NCBI GenBank assembly: GCA_045588575.1
Contig: JAZNEJ010000008.1
Location: 261,492-325,491 of the forward strand
Length of the DNA: 64,000 nt
Direction of reading: 5' to 3'
Source of the DNA: Eubacteriales bacterium
GTDB taxonomy: Bacteria > Bacillota > Clostridia > Oscillospirales > RGIG5299
In this document: one piece after another, positions 1-11,214 of the stretch
Layout: the number at the start of each line of letters is the position of its first letter
How positions within the stretch are numbered: the first letter of the stretch is position 1
The notes under the pieces: generated by a model
What the model was told of the DNA's origin: nothing
The model's input: the letters and a program-made list of their open reading frames with translations, nothing else
Databases searched by the model: none
Made by a program: the position numbers and the translations under genes

Positions 1-566
1 CAACAATCGGCAAGCTTTCAAATCTTTTAAACAAAGAGGGAAAGAAAGTTATAGTCGGCGCGGCCGACACCTTTCGCGCGGCGGCTGTTGAGCAGCTTGG
101 CGTTTGGTGTGAAAGAGCGGGCGTTTCAATGATTTCCGAAAAAGAAGGAGCCGACCCCGCATCCGTTGTTTTTAATACGCTCTCGGCGGCAAAAAGCAAA
201 AATGCCGACGTAATTATAATAGATACCGCAGGCAGACTCCAAAATAAAAAGAATTTAATGGAAGAGCTTGCCAAAATAAGAAGAGTTATTGCAAGAGAGC
301 TTCCCGATGCTCCCGTTGAAACGCTTTTGGTAATCGACGGCACAACGGGGCAAAACGGCATCTCGCAGGCAAAGGAATTTACCAAGGCCGCCGAGGTTAC
401 CTCGGTTGCAATAACTAAATTAGACGGCACGGCAAAGGGCGGCGTAACGCTTTCGGTTAAAAAGGAGCTTGGGCTTCCCGTTAAGCTTATAGGCGTTGGC
501 GAGAAAATCGACGATATGAATTTCTTTAACGCGCTCGATTTTGCCCATGCTCTTATAGGAGAATGA
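1..566 (+). CDS. ftsY: Signal recognition particle receptor FtsY, C-terminal GTPase part (5' end lies outside the window)
   Basis: The frame is open from position 3. The translation TIGKL..GAADTFRAAAVEQL..IIIDTAGRLQNK..ITKLDGTAKGG carries SRP-GTPase motifs (DTAGR, TKLD). Stop at 564-566. Confidence 0.9.
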   Translation, partial: TIGKLSNLLNKEGKKVIVGAADTFRAAAVEQLGVWCERAGVSMISEKEGADPASVVFNTLSAAKSKNADVIIIDTAGRLQNKKNLMEELAKIRRVIARELPDAPVETLLVIDGTTGQNGISQAKEFTKAAEVTSVAITKLDGTAKGGVTLSVKKELGLPVKLIGVGEKIDDMNFFNALDFAHALIGE

Positions 567-1285
567 AAATGAGAGAAACGAGAAAAGCAAACGAGCTTCG
601 AAAAATTAAAGTAACGAAAAACTTCATTAAGCAAGATTGCGCTTCGGTTTTGCTCGAATGGGGTAACACCGTGGTTTTGTGTGCGGCAACGGTTGAAGAA
701 AACGTGCCGCCTCACGTTTTGGGTATGGGCAAAGGCTGGGTTACCGCAGAATATTCAATGCTTCCCGCAGCAACCGCAACCAGAAACAAAAGAGATATTT
801 CAAAATTAAAGCTTTCACCCCGAAGCACCGAAATTCAGCGCTTAATCGGACGTTCGCTTCGCGCGGCGGTTGATATGGAAAAGCTCGGAGAAAGAAGCAT
901 TATTATAGACTGCGACGTAATTTCTGCCGACGGCGGCACGAGATGCGCCTCAATTACCGGCGGATTCATTGCGCTTGCGCTTGCCTGCAATAAGCTCTTA
1001 AAAGAGGGCGTTATTTCGGAAAATCCCATAGTAAAGCAAGTTGCGGCGGTTTCCGTGGGCGTTTTGGAAGGCGAAATTCTTTGCGATTTGGAATATGTTG
1101 AGGATTCGCGCGCCGAGGTAGATATGAACGTGGTTATGACCTCCGAGGGCGACTTCGTTGAGCTTCAGGGCACGGGTGAGCACGGCACCTTTAAGGATGA
1201 AGAGCTTAAAAAGCTTATTTCCTCGGCAAAGGGCGGTCTTAAAAAGATTTTTGCAATTCAACAAAAGGTGATTTTAAATGATTGA
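563..1285 (+). CDS. rph: Ribonuclease PH
   Basis: 240-aa ORF. RNase PH family signature regions are recognisable (GWVTAEYSMLPAAT, IDCDVISADGGTR). 4-nt overlap with ftsY. Confidence 0.93.
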   Translation: MKMRETRKANELRKIKVTKNFIKQDCASVLLEWGNTVVLCAATVEENVPPHVLGMGKGWVTAEYSMLPAATATRNKRDISKLKLSPRSTEIQRLIGRSLRAAVDMEKLGERSIIIDCDVISADGGTRCASITGGFIALALACNKLLKEGVISENPIVKQVAAVSVGVLEGEILCDLEYVEDSRAEVDMNVVMTSEGDFVELQGTGEHGTFKDEELKKLISSAKGGLKKIFAIQQKVILND

Positions 1286-1883
1286 AATAGTTTTGGCATC
1301 CGATAATGCAAAAAAATTAAAGGAATTAAAGGAAATTTTAGCAGGTGAAGATTATAAGCTCACCACCAAAAGCGAAGAAGGCTTTACCGACGAGGTAGAG
1401 GAAACGGGCACGACCTTTGAGGAAAACTCTTTAATAAAAGCCATGGCAACGGCAAAGGCAACGGGCAAAATAGCGGTTGCCGACGATTCGGGCTTGGAGG
1501 TAGACTGTCTTGGCGGGGCGCCTGGCGTTTATTCAAGCCGCTACGGAACTCCCGGAATGACCGACGACCAAAAGGTTGATTTTCTTTTGGAAAACATTAA
1601 AAAGACGGGCGAAGAAAAGCCTAGGGCAAGATTCGTTTCGGTTATAACCTGCGTTTACCCCACGGGAGAATATTTTTCCGTGAGAGGCGTTGCCGAAGGA
1701 ACGATTATTTTCGAAAAGAAGGGCGAAGGCGGTTTTGGTTACGACCCCGTTTTCGTTGGAGAGGGAATGGATAAAACCTTCTCGGAAATCTCGGCGGAGG
1801 AGAAAAACGCACTCAGCCACAGAGGAAAAGCGTTAAGACTTTTTGCCGAAAAATTTAAGGAAAATCTTAAAAGCAATGGTTAA
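1278..1883 (+). CDS. rdgB: dITP/XTP pyrophosphatase (Ham1/RdgB family)
   Basis: 201-aa ORF with Ham1 motifs (ADDSGLEVD, GFGYDPVF, SHRGKA). The rph-rdgB pairing is classical. Confidence 0.9.
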   Translation: MIEIVLASDNAKKLKELKEILAGEDYKLTTKSEEGFTDEVEETGTTFEENSLIKAMATAKATGKIAVADDSGLEVDCLGGAPGVYSSRYGTPGMTDDQKVDFLLENIKKTGEEKPRARFVSVITCVYPTGEYFSVRGVAEGTIIFEKKGEGGFGYDPVFVGEGMDKTFSEISAEEKNALSHRGKALRLFAEKFKENLKSNG

Positions 1884-2457
1884 TTGGTTTTCACTTTTTG
1901 AAGAAGAATTAAAAAAAGCAAACGGTGAAAAGAGTCTGCTTTTGCATTCGTGTTGCGCTCCTTGCTCAAGCTCGGTTTTAAAAACGCTTGAAGCGGCTTT
2001 TAAAATAACGGTTTTTTATTCTAATTCAAACATCTTTCCTTTTGAAGAATTTGAAAAAAGAGAAGCCGAGCAGCAAAGGCTTTGCTCCCTTTGGAAATAT
2101 CCCGTTATTACCGATGCTTATAATCACTCCGATTTTTTAAAATCGGTTACGGGGCTTGAAAAGGAACAAGAGGGCGGCGAAAGATGCAGGGCGTGCATTG
2201 CATACCGAATGGAGCAAACGGCAAGGCTTGCCAAAGAAAAAGGGTTTGATTATTTTACAACGACCTTATCGGTTTCACCGCACAAAAATGCAAACCATAT
2301 AAACGAAACGGGCAAAGCGCTCGAAGAAAAATACGGTGTTAAATATCTTTACGCCGACTTCAAAAAGAAAGACGGCTATTTAAACAGTATTCGTCTTTCA
2401 AAGGAGCTTGAATTATACAGGCAAAGCTATTGCGGCTGTGAGTTTTCAATAAGATGA
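1876..2457 (+). CDS. queH: Epoxyqueuosine reductase QueH (DUF208)
   Basis: Motifs LLLHSCCAPCSS, CRACIAYR and SYCGC are typical of QueH. I prefer the ATG at 1876 (MVNWF), which overlaps the rdgB stop, over the track start at 1843. Confidence 0.8.
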   Translation: MVNWFSLFEEELKKANGEKSLLLHSCCAPCSSSVLKTLEAAFKITVFYSNSNIFPFEEFEKREAEQQRLCSLWKYPVITDAYNHSDFLKSVTGLEKEQEGGERCRACIAYRMEQTARLAKEKGFDYFTTTLSVSPHKNANHINETGKALEEKYGVKYLYADFKKKDGYLNSIRLSKELELYRQSYCGCEFSIR

Positions 2458-2470
2458 AAGGAAAAAAGCA

Positions 2471-3658
2471 ATGAAAATCGGCATATTCGGCGGCACCTTC
2501 GACCCCCCTCATAAAGGACACGAGCTTTTCTTAAAAAGCTTTATAACTGAATATCGGCCCGATAAAATGCTTGTTATTCCAACGAAAATTCCGCCGCATA
2601 AGGCGTGCGAAACAACGTCGGCAGAGCATAGGCTCAAAATGGCAAAGCTTGCCTTTAAGGGAATTGCCGAGATTGAAGATTGCGAGCTTAAACGGCACGG
2701 TCAAAGCTACACGGCAGATACGTTATCTTACTTAAAAAAGAAATATCCAAACGACGAGCTTTATTTCATAATCGGAAGCGATATGCTCTTTACCTTCAAA
2801 AACTGGTATAAGCCCGAGCTTATTTCTTCCTTGGCAACGGTTGTTGCCGCCCCCAGAATAAACGATGCCGCTCTTGTTTCGCAAATGGAGCAAACGGCAA
2901 AGGAATATGAAAAGAAATTCGGCGGCAAATTTGAAATTTTCAAAATGGCACCCCTTGAAATATCTTCAACGGGAGTGAGAGAGGGAAAAACTCTTGAAAT
3001 TTCGGAAAGCGTTTTGAGATATATTAAAGAAAACGGGCTTTACGAGGAAAGCGAAGAAATCAAAAGAATAAAAGAAATTTTATCTCGGAGGCTTTCGCCA
3101 AAAAGATATTATCATTCGCTCGGAGTTATGAACACGGCGGGCGAGCTTGCAAGAATTTACGGCGAAGACGTTGAGCGGGCGAAAATTGCAGGCCTCGTTC
3201 ACGATTGCACCAAGGAGCTCAAAATAAACGAGCATCTTGAAATTGTTGAAAAATACGGCATAAAAATTCCCGAAGCCGAAAAAAATATAGAAAAGCTTTA
3301 CCACTCCAAAACGGGTGCGGTAATGGCGAGAATTCTTTTCGGAATTGAGGACGAAGAAATTTTAAAGGCCATTGAATGCCACACGGCAGGCAAAGCGAAA
3401 ATGACTCGGTTTGAAAAGATTTTGTTTTTAGCCGATTTTATAGACCCGTCGAGAACCTACAAAGGCGTTTCGGCAATAAGAAAAAAGGCGTTTAAAAACC
3501 TCGAAGAAGCAATAATGGAATGCGTAAGCTTTACCGTTATAGACCTTGCCAAACGGGGAAAATCAATAGCGCCGAACACCTTCGAAACCTATAACGATAT
3601 TGTTTCGGAGCTTGAAAAACAAAAAACGAAAGGTGATTTTTATGGAAAAAATATTTGA
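2471..3658 (+). CDS. nadD: Fusion protein: nicotinate-nucleotide adenylyltransferase NadD (N-terminal) and HD-domain YqeK-like hydrolase (C-terminal)
   Basis: 395 aa. The N-terminal half has GIFGGTFDPPHKGH and SSTGVR (NadD). The C-terminal half has HSLGV..HDCTK..H..FLADFIDP (HD domain of the YqeK type). Confidence 0.85.
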   Translation: MKIGIFGGTFDPPHKGHELFLKSFITEYRPDKMLVIPTKIPPHKACETTSAEHRLKMAKLAFKGIAEIEDCELKRHGQSYTADTLSYLKKKYPNDELYFIIGSDMLFTFKNWYKPELISSLATVVAAPRINDAALVSQMEQTAKEYEKKFGGKFEIFKMAPLEISSTGVREGKTLEISESVLRYIKENGLYEESEEIKRIKEILSRRLSPKRYYHSLGVMNTAGELARIYGEDVERAKIAGLVHDCTKELKINEHLEIVEKYGIKIPEAEKNIEKLYHSKTGAVMARILFGIEDEEILKAIECHTAGKAKMTRFEKILFLADFIDPSRTYKGVSAIRKKAFKNLEEAIMECVSFTVIDLAKRGKSIAPNTFETYNDIVSELEKQKTKGDFYGKNI

Positions 3659-4013
3659 AGCGGTTAAGCTTGCGGTTAAAGCGCTTGACAGTAAAAAGGG
3701 CGAGGATATAAAGGTTATTAAAACCTCGGAAATAACCGGTCTTGCCGATTACGTTGTAATTTGCACAGGCTCGTCGTCCACCAAAATAAAAACCCTTGCC
3801 GATTACACCGAGGTTGCTCTTAAAGAGGCGGGCGAGCCCGTTTTGCACAGAGAAGGCTACATTGAAGGAAACTGGGTTTTACTCGATTACGGCTTTATGG
3901 TTGTAAACATCTTTAACAGTAAAACACGAGAATTCTACGCCCTCGAACAGCTTTGGCAAGCGGGCGAGCAAATAGATACCGATGAAATTTTAAAAGAGAA
4001 AGACGGAGAATAA
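3642..4013 (+). CDS. rsfS: Ribosome silencing factor RsfS (iojap-like)
   Basis: Iojap motifs are present ([38 protein letters not shown]). I chose the ATG at 3642 (MEKIFEAV). The track start at 3600 overlaps nadD. Confidence 0.88.
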   Translation: MEKIFEAVKLAVKALDSKKGEDIKVIKTSEITGLADYVVICTGSSSTKIKTLADYTEVALKEAGEPVLHREGYIEGNWVLLDYGFMVVNIFNSKTREFYALEQLWQAGEQIDTDEILKEKDGE

Positions 4014-4017
4014 GAAA

Positions 4018-6423
4018 ATGAAATACGAATACAGTGAAATAGAAAAGAAATGGCAAAAATATTGGGAGGAAAACAACAGCTTTGCGGCAAAAGACGATTA
4101 TACGCTTCCTAAATTCTACCCGCTCGTTGAATTCCCCTATCCGTCGGGCGCAGGTCTTCACGTAGGGCATCCCCGCTCATATACCGCGCTTGATATTATT
4201 GCAAGAAAGCGCCGCTTAAACGGCTATAACGTTTTATATCCTATGGGATGGGACGCTTTCGGCTTGCCCGCTGAAAACTACGCAATTAAAAATCACGTTC
4301 ACCCCAAGGATATAACCGAGCAAAACATTAACCGTTTCCGTTCTCAGCTTAAATCACTCGGTCTTTCTTTTGATTGGTCGAGAGAGGTAAACACCACCGA
4401 CCCCTCTTACTATAAGTGGTCGCAGTGGATTTTCTTAAAGCTCTTTGAAAAAGGCCTTGCCTACAAAAAAGAGATGGCGGTTAACTGGTGCACCTCCTGC
4501 AAATGCGTTTTGGCAAACGAAGAGGTTGTAGACGGCGTTTGCGAGCGTTGCGGAAGTCAGGTTGTCAGAAAGGTTAAAGAGCAGTGGATGCTTAAAATCA
4601 CCGCCTACGCCGAGCGTTTAATCAACGATTTAGACGAGGTTGACTATCTTCCCAGAGTTAAAACCCAGCAGAAAAACTGGATTGGACGTTCAACCGGCGC
4701 AGAGGTTGATTTCGTAACAACCGCAGGCGAAAAATTAAGAGTTTACACCACAAGGCCCGATACTCTCTTCGGCGCAACCTATATGGTTATTTCGCCCGAG
4801 CATCCCATAATCGAAAAGCACAAGGATAAAATTAAAAACTACGCCGACTGCGTGGCTTACAGAGAAGAAGCTGCCAAAAAGTCCGATTTCGAGCGCACCG
4901 AGCTCGTTAAGAGCAAAACCGGCGTTAAAATTGACGGCATTTCGGCATTTAATCCCGTTAACGATAGGGAAATTCCCATTTACATATCCGACTACGTTTT
5001 AATGAGCTACGGCACCGGCGCAATTATGGCCGTTCCCGCTCACGACGAGAGAGACTACGCCTTTGCAAAGGTATTTAATCTTCCCATTATTGAGGTTGTT
5101 AAGGGCGGCGATATTGAAAAAGAAGCATTCACCGATATTGAAAGCGGCGAAATGATAAACAGCGGCTTGTTAAACGGTCTTTCGGTTGCCGAGGCAAAGA
5201 AGAAAATCACCGAATGGCTCAAAGAAAACGGCAAGGGCGAGCCCAAGGTAAACTATAAGCTTCGCGACTGGGTTTTCTCACGTCAGCGTTATTGGGGCGA
5301 GCCTATTCCGCTCATCTACTGCGAAAAATGCGGCTGGGTACCCGTGCCCGAAAGCGAGCTTCCGTTAACTCTTCCCGACGTTGAGCATTACGAGCCCACC
5401 GATAACGGCGAATCACCCTTATCTAAAATTGATAGCTTCGTAAACACCACCTGCCCCAAATGCGGCGGCGCGGCAAAAAGAGAAACCGACATTATGCCCC
5501 AATGGGCAGGCTCCTCGTGGTATTTCCTCCGTTATTGCGACCCGCATAACGATAAAGAGCTCGCATCTAAGGAAGCTCTTAATTACTGGACTCCGGTTGA
5601 CTGGTATAACGGCGGTATGGAGCACACCACCCTCCACCTTCTCTATTCGAGATTCTGGCATAAATTCCTTTACGATATAGGCGTTGTTCCCACCGCAGAG
5701 CCTTATGCAAAAAGAACCAGCCACGGTATGATTTTGGGCGAAAACGGCGTTAAAATGTCGAAATCGCTCGGCAACGTAGTAAATCCCGACGATATAGTAA
5801 GAGATTACGGCGCCGACACAATGCGTCTTTACGAAATGTTTATAGGCGATTTTGAAAAAACTGCACCGTGGTCCACCTCTTCAATTAAGGGCTGCAAGAG
5901 ATTTTTGGAAAAAATCTTAAATCTTCTTGATATTACCTTTGCCGACAAAGCAGACGAAGAGGTTGAAAGAGAGCTTCATAAAACCATCAAGAAGGTAACC
6001 GAAGATATTGAAGCAATGAAGTTTAACACCGCAATAGCGGCAATGATGAGCTTTGCAAACGTCGTTTCGGAGAAAAACAGCTTAACCAAAGAGCAGTTAA
6101 AAACCTTCGTGCTTTTACTCAACCCCTTTGCACCGCACTTAACCGAAGAAATGTGGCAGCTTCTCGGCGAGGAAAAGCCCATTTGTGAGGGCGCAAAATG
6201 GCCCGAATATGAGGAAAGCAAATTGGTTGCCTCAACCTTAACGCTTCCCGTTCAGATAAACGGCAAATTAAAGGGTACAATTTCCGTTTCGCTTAACGCC
6301 GAGCAGGACGTTGTTTTGGAAACCGCAAAGGCCGATGGAAAAATTGCCGCCGCTCTTGAAGGCAAGCAAATTGTAAAAGTAATTTACGTAAAAAATAAAA
6401 TGTTAAACGTTGTAGTAAAGTGA
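4018..6423 (+). CDS. leuS: Leucine--tRNA ligase
   Basis: 801 aa. Class I HIGH-type motif ([10 protein letters not shown]) and KMSKS (VKMSKSLGN). Overall LeuS architecture. Confidence 0.97.
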   Translation: MKYEYSEIEKKWQKYWEENNSFAAKDDYTLPKFYPLVEFPYPSGAGLHVGHPRSYTALDIIARKRRLNGYNVLYPMGWDAFGLPAENYAIKNHVHPKDITEQNINRFRSQLKSLGLSFDWSREVNTTDPSYYKWSQWIFLKLFEKGLAYKKEMAVNWCTSCKCVLANEEVVDGVCERCGSQVVRKVKEQWMLKITAYAERLINDLDEVDYLPRVKTQQKNWIGRSTGAEVDFVTTAGEKLRVYTTRPDTLFGATYMVISPEHPIIEKHKDKIKNYADCVAYREEAAKKSDFERTELVKSKTGVKIDGISAFNPVNDREIPIYISDYVLMSYGTGAIMAVPAHDERDYAFAKVFNLPIIEVVKGGDIEKEAFTDIESGEMINSGLLNGLSVAEAKKKITEWLKENGKGEPKVNYKLRDWVFSRQRYWGEPIPLIYCEKCGWVPVPESELPLTLPDVEHYEPTDNGESPLSKIDSFVNTTCPKCGGAAKRETDIMPQWAGSSWYFLRYCDPHNDKELASKEALNYWTPVDWYNGGMEHTTLHLLYSRFWHKFLYDIGVVPTAEPYAKRTSHGMILGENGVKMSKSLGNVVNPDDIVRDYGADTMRLYEMFIGDFEKTAPWSTSSIKGCKRFLEKILNLLDITFADKADEEVERELHKTIKKVTEDIEAMKFNTAIAAMMSFANVVSEKNSLTKEQLKTFVLLLNPFAPHLTEEMWQLLGEEKPICEGAKWPEYEESKLVASTLTLPVQINGKLKGTISVSLNAEQDVVLETAKADGKIAAALEGKQIVKVIYVKNKMLNVVVK

Positions 6424-6435
6424 GGAGAAAAGCAG

Positions 6436-9063
6436 ATGGAAAAAGTAACACCCATGGGTTTAAACGAAATCAGAGAGAAATATCTTGCTTTTTTCGAGAA
6501 AAAAGACCATTACAGAGAGAAAAGCGCATCGCTCGTTCCCGATGGCGACAAAGGCTTACTGCTCATAAATGCGGGTATGGCGCCGCTTAAAAAATATTTC
6601 ACGGGCGAGGCAACTCCTCCCGCACCCAGAATGACCACCTGCCAAAAGTGCATAAGAGTTTTAGATATTGAAAGAGTTGGCAAAACCAGCCGCCACGGCA
6701 CCTTTTTTGAGATGCTCGGAAACTTCTCGTTCGGCGACTATTTCAAAAGAGAGGTTTGCGCTTGGGCGTGGGAATTCCTTTTAACCGAATTAAAGCTTCC
6801 CAAGGAGCGTCTTTACGTTTCGGTTTATTTGGAGGACGACGAGGCCTATGATATCTGGACCAAGGAAATAGGCGTTGACCCCTCTCATATGGTTCGTTTG
6901 GGCAAGGCAGATAACTTCTGGGAAATAGGCGCGGGCCCTTGCGGCCCCTGCACCGAAATTTATTTCGACAGAGGCGAGGAATATTCCTGCGGCTCACCCG
7001 ACTGTAAGGTTGGCTGCGATTGCGACAGATACGTTGAATTCTGGAACCTCGTTTTCTCGCAGTTTAACAACGACGGCAACAATAACTACACCGAGCTTGC
7101 TCACAAAAATATCGATACCGGTATGGGCCTCGAAAGAATGGCTTGCATTATGCAGGGTAAAACCAGCATTTTCGAAATTGATACCGTTCAGAATATTATG
7201 AAAAAAATAAGCGAGGTAAGCGGTGTAAAATATAAGGAAAACGAAAAATCCGACCTTTCGCTTCGCATAATCACCGACCACATCAGAGGCTCCGTTTTCT
7301 TAATCGGCGACGGCGTTTTACCTTCAAACGAGGGCAGAGGCTACGTTTTGCGTAAGCTCATTCGCCGCGCGGCGCGCCACGGCAGACTTTTAAAGGTTGA
7401 AAAGCCCTTCCTTTATCAAATTGCCGAAACGGTTGCCGAGCTTAATAAGCAGGCATACCCCGAGCTCACCGAGCGTTTGGAATATATAAAAAGAGTTTTA
7501 AAGAGCGAGGAGGAGCAGTTTGCAAAAACAATAGGAAGCGGACTCGAGCTTCTTTCCGAGCTTATGAATAAGGGCGAAAAGGTAATTTCGGGCAAAGATG
7601 CTTTCCGTCTTTACGATACCTTCGGCTTCCCGCTTGACCTCACCAAAGAAATCGCCGAGGACGGCGGATTTACGGTAGATGAGGAAGGCTTTAACGCCGA
7701 AATGCAGGCTCAAAGAGAGTCTTCGAGAAAAGCAAGAGAAAAAATGGGCGATTTCGGTTGGGAAAAGCACATTTCGGTTAAAGACCTCGGCATAAAGGCC
7801 GAATTTACGGGTTATAATGAACTGGAAACCACGGCGGCGGTAAAGGCAATTTTCGTTGGCGCCGAAAGAGTTAACTCGGTTTCCGAGGGAGAGGTTGCAA
7901 CTCTCATCTTTGAAAAAACACCCTTCTACGCCGAAATGGGCGGTCAGCCCGGCGATAAGGGCAAAATTGAGGGCGAAAACTGCGCTTTAAAGGTTAAAAA
8001 CACCTTAAAGGGTGAAGATAATATAGCGCTTCATCTCGTTGAGGTTATTTCGGGCGAGGTTAAAGAAGGCGATGTTTTAACGCTTAAAGTTTGCAAAAAT
8101 AACAGAATGCGAGTTTCGAGAAATCACTCGGCAACCCACCTTCTCCAAAGAGCGTTAAAAGACGTTGCGGGCGACCATATTTCGCAGGCAGGCTCGGCGC
8201 TTTCACCCGAAAGCTTTACCTTCGATTACACCTGCTTTGAGCCGCTTTCAAACGAGGCTCTTTCAAAGGTTGAGGAGCTTGTTAATAAATTTATTTTCGA
8301 AGCAAGCCCCGTTGTAACCGAGGAAATGTCGATTGAAGATGCCAAAAAATCGGGCGCCGAGGCGCATTTTAGCGAGAAATACGGCAAAACCGTAAGAGTT
8401 GTTTCAATGGGCGCTTCAAAAGAACTTTGCGGCGGCACGCACGTTAAGAATACTGCTGAAATCGGTCTTTTCAAAATAATTTCCGATTCATCTGCGGCGG
8501 CAGGCGTAAGAAGAATTGAAGCGGTAACCGGCGATGGCGTTTTAAGAGTTTTAAACGAAAAGCAGGCACTCATTTCAAACGTAGTCGATGCCTTAAAGGG
8601 CAAGGGCGAAAAAGAGCTTTTAACCAGAGCCACCGTTGTAATGAGCGAGCTTAAAGATACCAAAACCAAGCTCGAAACAAGCGAAAGCCGCATTTCCGAA
8701 ATGCTTTACGAGGGCGTTGTTAACACCGCAACCGAGCAAAACGGAATTAAGGTTATAGTTTCTTACTTAAAGAATACCGATTTGTCAATTGCAAGAAGCA
8801 TTGGCGACAGAATTAAAGAAAGAATTTCAAACGCATCGGCAATTATTGCCTGTGAAAAAGACGGCAAGGCAAACTTCGTTTCGGTTAACGGTGTTGATGC
8901 CGTTAAGCTTGGCAGAAATGCAGGCAAAACCGTTTCCTTTGCGGCGAAGCTCACAAACGGCAAGGGCGGCGGAAAACCCGATATGGCAGTTGCGGGCGTT
9001 GGAAATATTAACGATATCGAAAAAGCGTTAGAGGAAACCAAAGCGAAATATTTCGAGATATAA
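6436..9063 (+). CDS. alaS: Alanine--tRNA ligase
   Basis: 875 aa. AlaRS motifs FFEMLGNFSFGDYF, the editing-domain HxxxH (HSATHLL) and CGGTH, and a C-terminal DHHA1-like end. Confidence 0.97.
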   Translation: MEKVTPMGLNEIREKYLAFFEKKDHYREKSASLVPDGDKGLLLINAGMAPLKKYFTGEATPPAPRMTTCQKCIRVLDIERVGKTSRHGTFFEMLGNFSFGDYFKREVCAWAWEFLLTELKLPKERLYVSVYLEDDEAYDIWTKEIGVDPSHMVRLGKADNFWEIGAGPCGPCTEIYFDRGEEYSCGSPDCKVGCDCDRYVEFWNLVFSQFNNDGNNNYTELAHKNIDTGMGLERMACIMQGKTSIFEIDTVQNIMKKISEVSGVKYKENEKSDLSLRIITDHIRGSVFLIGDGVLPSNEGRGYVLRKLIRRAARHGRLLKVEKPFLYQIAETVAELNKQAYPELTERLEYIKRVLKSEEEQFAKTIGSGLELLSELMNKGEKVISGKDAFRLYDTFGFPLDLTKEIAEDGGFTVDEEGFNAEMQAQRESSRKAREKMGDFGWEKHISVKDLGIKAEFTGYNELETTAAVKAIFVGAERVNSVSEGEVATLIFEKTPFYAEMGGQPGDKGKIEGENCALKVKNTLKGEDNIALHLVEVISGEVKEGDVLTLKVCKNNRMRVSRNHSATHLLQRALKDVAGDHISQAGSALSPESFTFDYTCFEPLSNEALSKVEELVNKFIFEASPVVTEEMSIEDAKKSGAEAHFSEKYGKTVRVVSMGASKELCGGTHVKNTAEIGLFKIISDSSAAAGVRRIEAVTGDGVLRVLNEKQALISNVVDALKGKGEKELLTRATVVMSELKDTKTKLETSESRISEMLYEGVVNTATEQNGIKVIVSYLKNTDLSIARSIGDRIKERISNASAIIACEKDGKANFVSVNGVDAVKLGRNAGKTVSFAAKLTNGKGGGKPDMAVAGVGNINDIEKALEETKAKYFEI

Positions 9064-9099
9064 TAAACCCTTCGGGAGAAATCCCGAGAAGGAGTTAAA

Positions 9100-10380
9100 A
9101 TGGAAAAATATATCATAAACGGCGGAAAAAGGCTTGAAGGAACTGTTAGGGTAAGCGGCGCAAAAAATGCGGCGTTACCTATTCTTGCGGCCACCGTGCT
9201 TTGCGACGGCGAATGCCGAATTGAGAATATTCCCGAAATAAGAGACGTTTCTCTTATGGTTGAAATTCTTTACAAAATGGGCGCCGAGGTTCGCACAATC
9301 GACAGAACCACTGTTGAAATAGACGCCTCTAAAATTTACACCACCGTTTCCCCCGGCGATATTTGCAGAAGGCTTCGCGGCTCTTATTATATGATGGGTG
9401 CGCTTTTGGGCAAATTCGGCGAATTTGAGGTTGAAATGCCCGGTGGATGCAACTTCGGAGTAAGACCTATTGACCTTCACATAAAGGGCTTGGAAGCGCT
9501 CGGCGCAAAAATAACGGTTGACGGCTGCAAAATAAAAGGCAGTGCCGCAAACGGCTTAAAGGGCGCAACCATACGTCTTTCAAAGGCGTCGGTGGGCGCA
9601 ACCATAAACATAATGCTTGCGGCAACCAGAGCCGAGGGCGTTACCGTAATTGAAAAGGCGGCAAGAGAACCGCATATAGTTGACCTTGCAAACTTCCTCA
9701 ACTCAATGGGAGCTTCAATAAGAGGTGCGGGTACCGAAATTATAAAAATAACGGGTAATCCCTCGCTTTACGGCGTTTTATATTCGATAATTCCCGACCA
9801 AATTGAAGCGGGAACCTTTATGATTGCGGCGGCTGCAACGGGCGGCAACGTTTTGGTTGAAAACCTTATTCCCAAGCATATGGAATCGCTTACCTCACAT
9901 CTTGTTGAGGCAGGCGCAAAAATTACCGAATACGATGAGGCAATAAGGGTTGAAGCCCCCGAAAGACTGAAAAATATTGACGTTATAACCGAATATTACC
10001 CCGGCTTTCCCACCGATTTACAACCTCAAATGACAACTCTTCTTGCCATTTCGGAGGGCAAGGGAAGTATGACCGAGGTTATTTGGGATAACCGCTTTAA
10101 ATATTTAGACGAGCTTCGCAAAATGGGAGCCGATATAATTAACGACGGTCAGAAGGCTTTCATAACTGGTGTTTCAAAGCTTCACGGTGCCGACGTAATT
10201 GCCTGCGATTTAAGAGCGGGTGCGGCGGTTATAATTGCGGGGCTTGCGGCCGAGGGCACAACCGAAATAGGCGAAATAGAGCGTATTGAGCGTGGCTATG
10301 AAGATATTGTCGGCAAGTTAAAATCACTTGGCGCCGATATAAACAAAACTAACATAAACGCGCCGGAAATAGCATTGTAA
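9100..10380 (+). CDS. murA: UDP-N-acetylglucosamine 1-carboxyvinyltransferase
   Basis: 426 aa. The N-terminus (INGGKRLEGTVRVSGAKNAALPILAA) and the catalytic-loop region (MPGGCNFGVRPIDLH) are typical of MurA. Confidence 0.95.
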   Translation: MEKYIINGGKRLEGTVRVSGAKNAALPILAATVLCDGECRIENIPEIRDVSLMVEILYKMGAEVRTIDRTTVEIDASKIYTTVSPGDICRRLRGSYYMMGALLGKFGEFEVEMPGGCNFGVRPIDLHIKGLEALGAKITVDGCKIKGSAANGLKGATIRLSKASVGATINIMLAATRAEGVTVIEKAAREPHIVDLANFLNSMGASIRGAGTEIIKITGNPSLYGVLYSIIPDQIEAGTFMIAAAATGGNVLVENLIPKHMESLTSHLVEAGAKITEYDEAIRVEAPERLKNIDVITEYYPGFPTDLQPQMTTLLAISEGKGSMTEVIWDNRFKYLDELRKMGADIINDGQKAFITGVSKLHGADVIACDLRAGAAVIIAGLAAEGTTEIGEIERIERGYEDIVGKLKSLGADINKTNINAPEIAL

Positions 10381-10392
10381 AGGAAACGGAAA

Positions 10393-11205
10393 ATGTCTTT
10401 CTTTTTTCAAACGCTTTACAGCGGAAGCGAGGGAAATTCTTGCCTCGTGGGCTGTAACGGAGATTACATTTTAATAGATGCGGGCAAAAACAGCAAAGCG
10501 GTTTTAAATGCGCTTTCCTCTCTTTCGCTTTCAATAAGAGATATTTCCGCAATTTTCGTAACTCACGAGCATTCCGACCATATTGGAGCAATTGAGGTGC
10601 TTGCAAGACGATATAAAATTCCTGTTTTTGCAAATCCCGAAACGGCATTTTTAATGGCTTCAAAGCAATTAAGCCTTCCCGAAACGTCAATTTACCGCTT
10701 GGAAAACTACGATACGGCAAAAAAAGGGGCTTTAAGCGTAACCCCGTTCCCCGTTCCTCACGATTCTGTGAGCTGTTCGGGCTACATAATAGAGGCGGAA
10801 GGGAAAAGGCTTGTTACCGCAACCGATATGGGACATCTTTGCGGCGATTTTGCCCAAGCGGCAAAGGATGCCGACGCCGTTTTAATAGAATCGAATTACG
10901 ATTTAAAAATGCTTGAAAACGGAAGCTATCCCGCTTATTTAAAAAAGCGAATAAGCTCGAAAAACGGGCATTTATCCAATGCCGATTGCGCCGAGGCGTG
11001 CTCCGTTTTGGCAATGCGAAAAACCAAAAAATTTGTGCTTGCCCACCTTTCGAAAGAAAACAATACGCCTGAATCGGCGTTTAATGCATCACACGGGGCG
11101 CTTACGAAAAAAGGTGCGAGTGTAACGAAAAGCGAGGAGGAAAAAGGCGACGTGCTGCTTTTAACCGCGCCACGATACCTCTGCTCGCCAAAAATAATTA
11201 TTTGA
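10393..11205 (+). CDS. MBL-fold metallo-hydrolase (YycJ/WalJ-like)
   Basis: 270 aa with the HxHxDH motif (THEHSDHIG) and later His/Asp ligands. Confidence 0.8.
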   Translation: MSFFFQTLYSGSEGNSCLVGCNGDYILIDAGKNSKAVLNALSSLSLSIRDISAIFVTHEHSDHIGAIEVLARRYKIPVFANPETAFLMASKQLSLPETSIYRLENYDTAKKGALSVTPFPVPHDSVSCSGYIIEAEGKRLVTATDMGHLCGDFAQAAKDADAVLIESNYDLKMLENGSYPAYLKKRISSKNGHLSNADCAEACSVLAMRKTKKFVLAHLSKENNTPESAFNASHGALTKKGASVTKSEEEKGDVLLLTAPRYLCSPKIII

Positions 11206-11214
11206 GGAAAAGCT

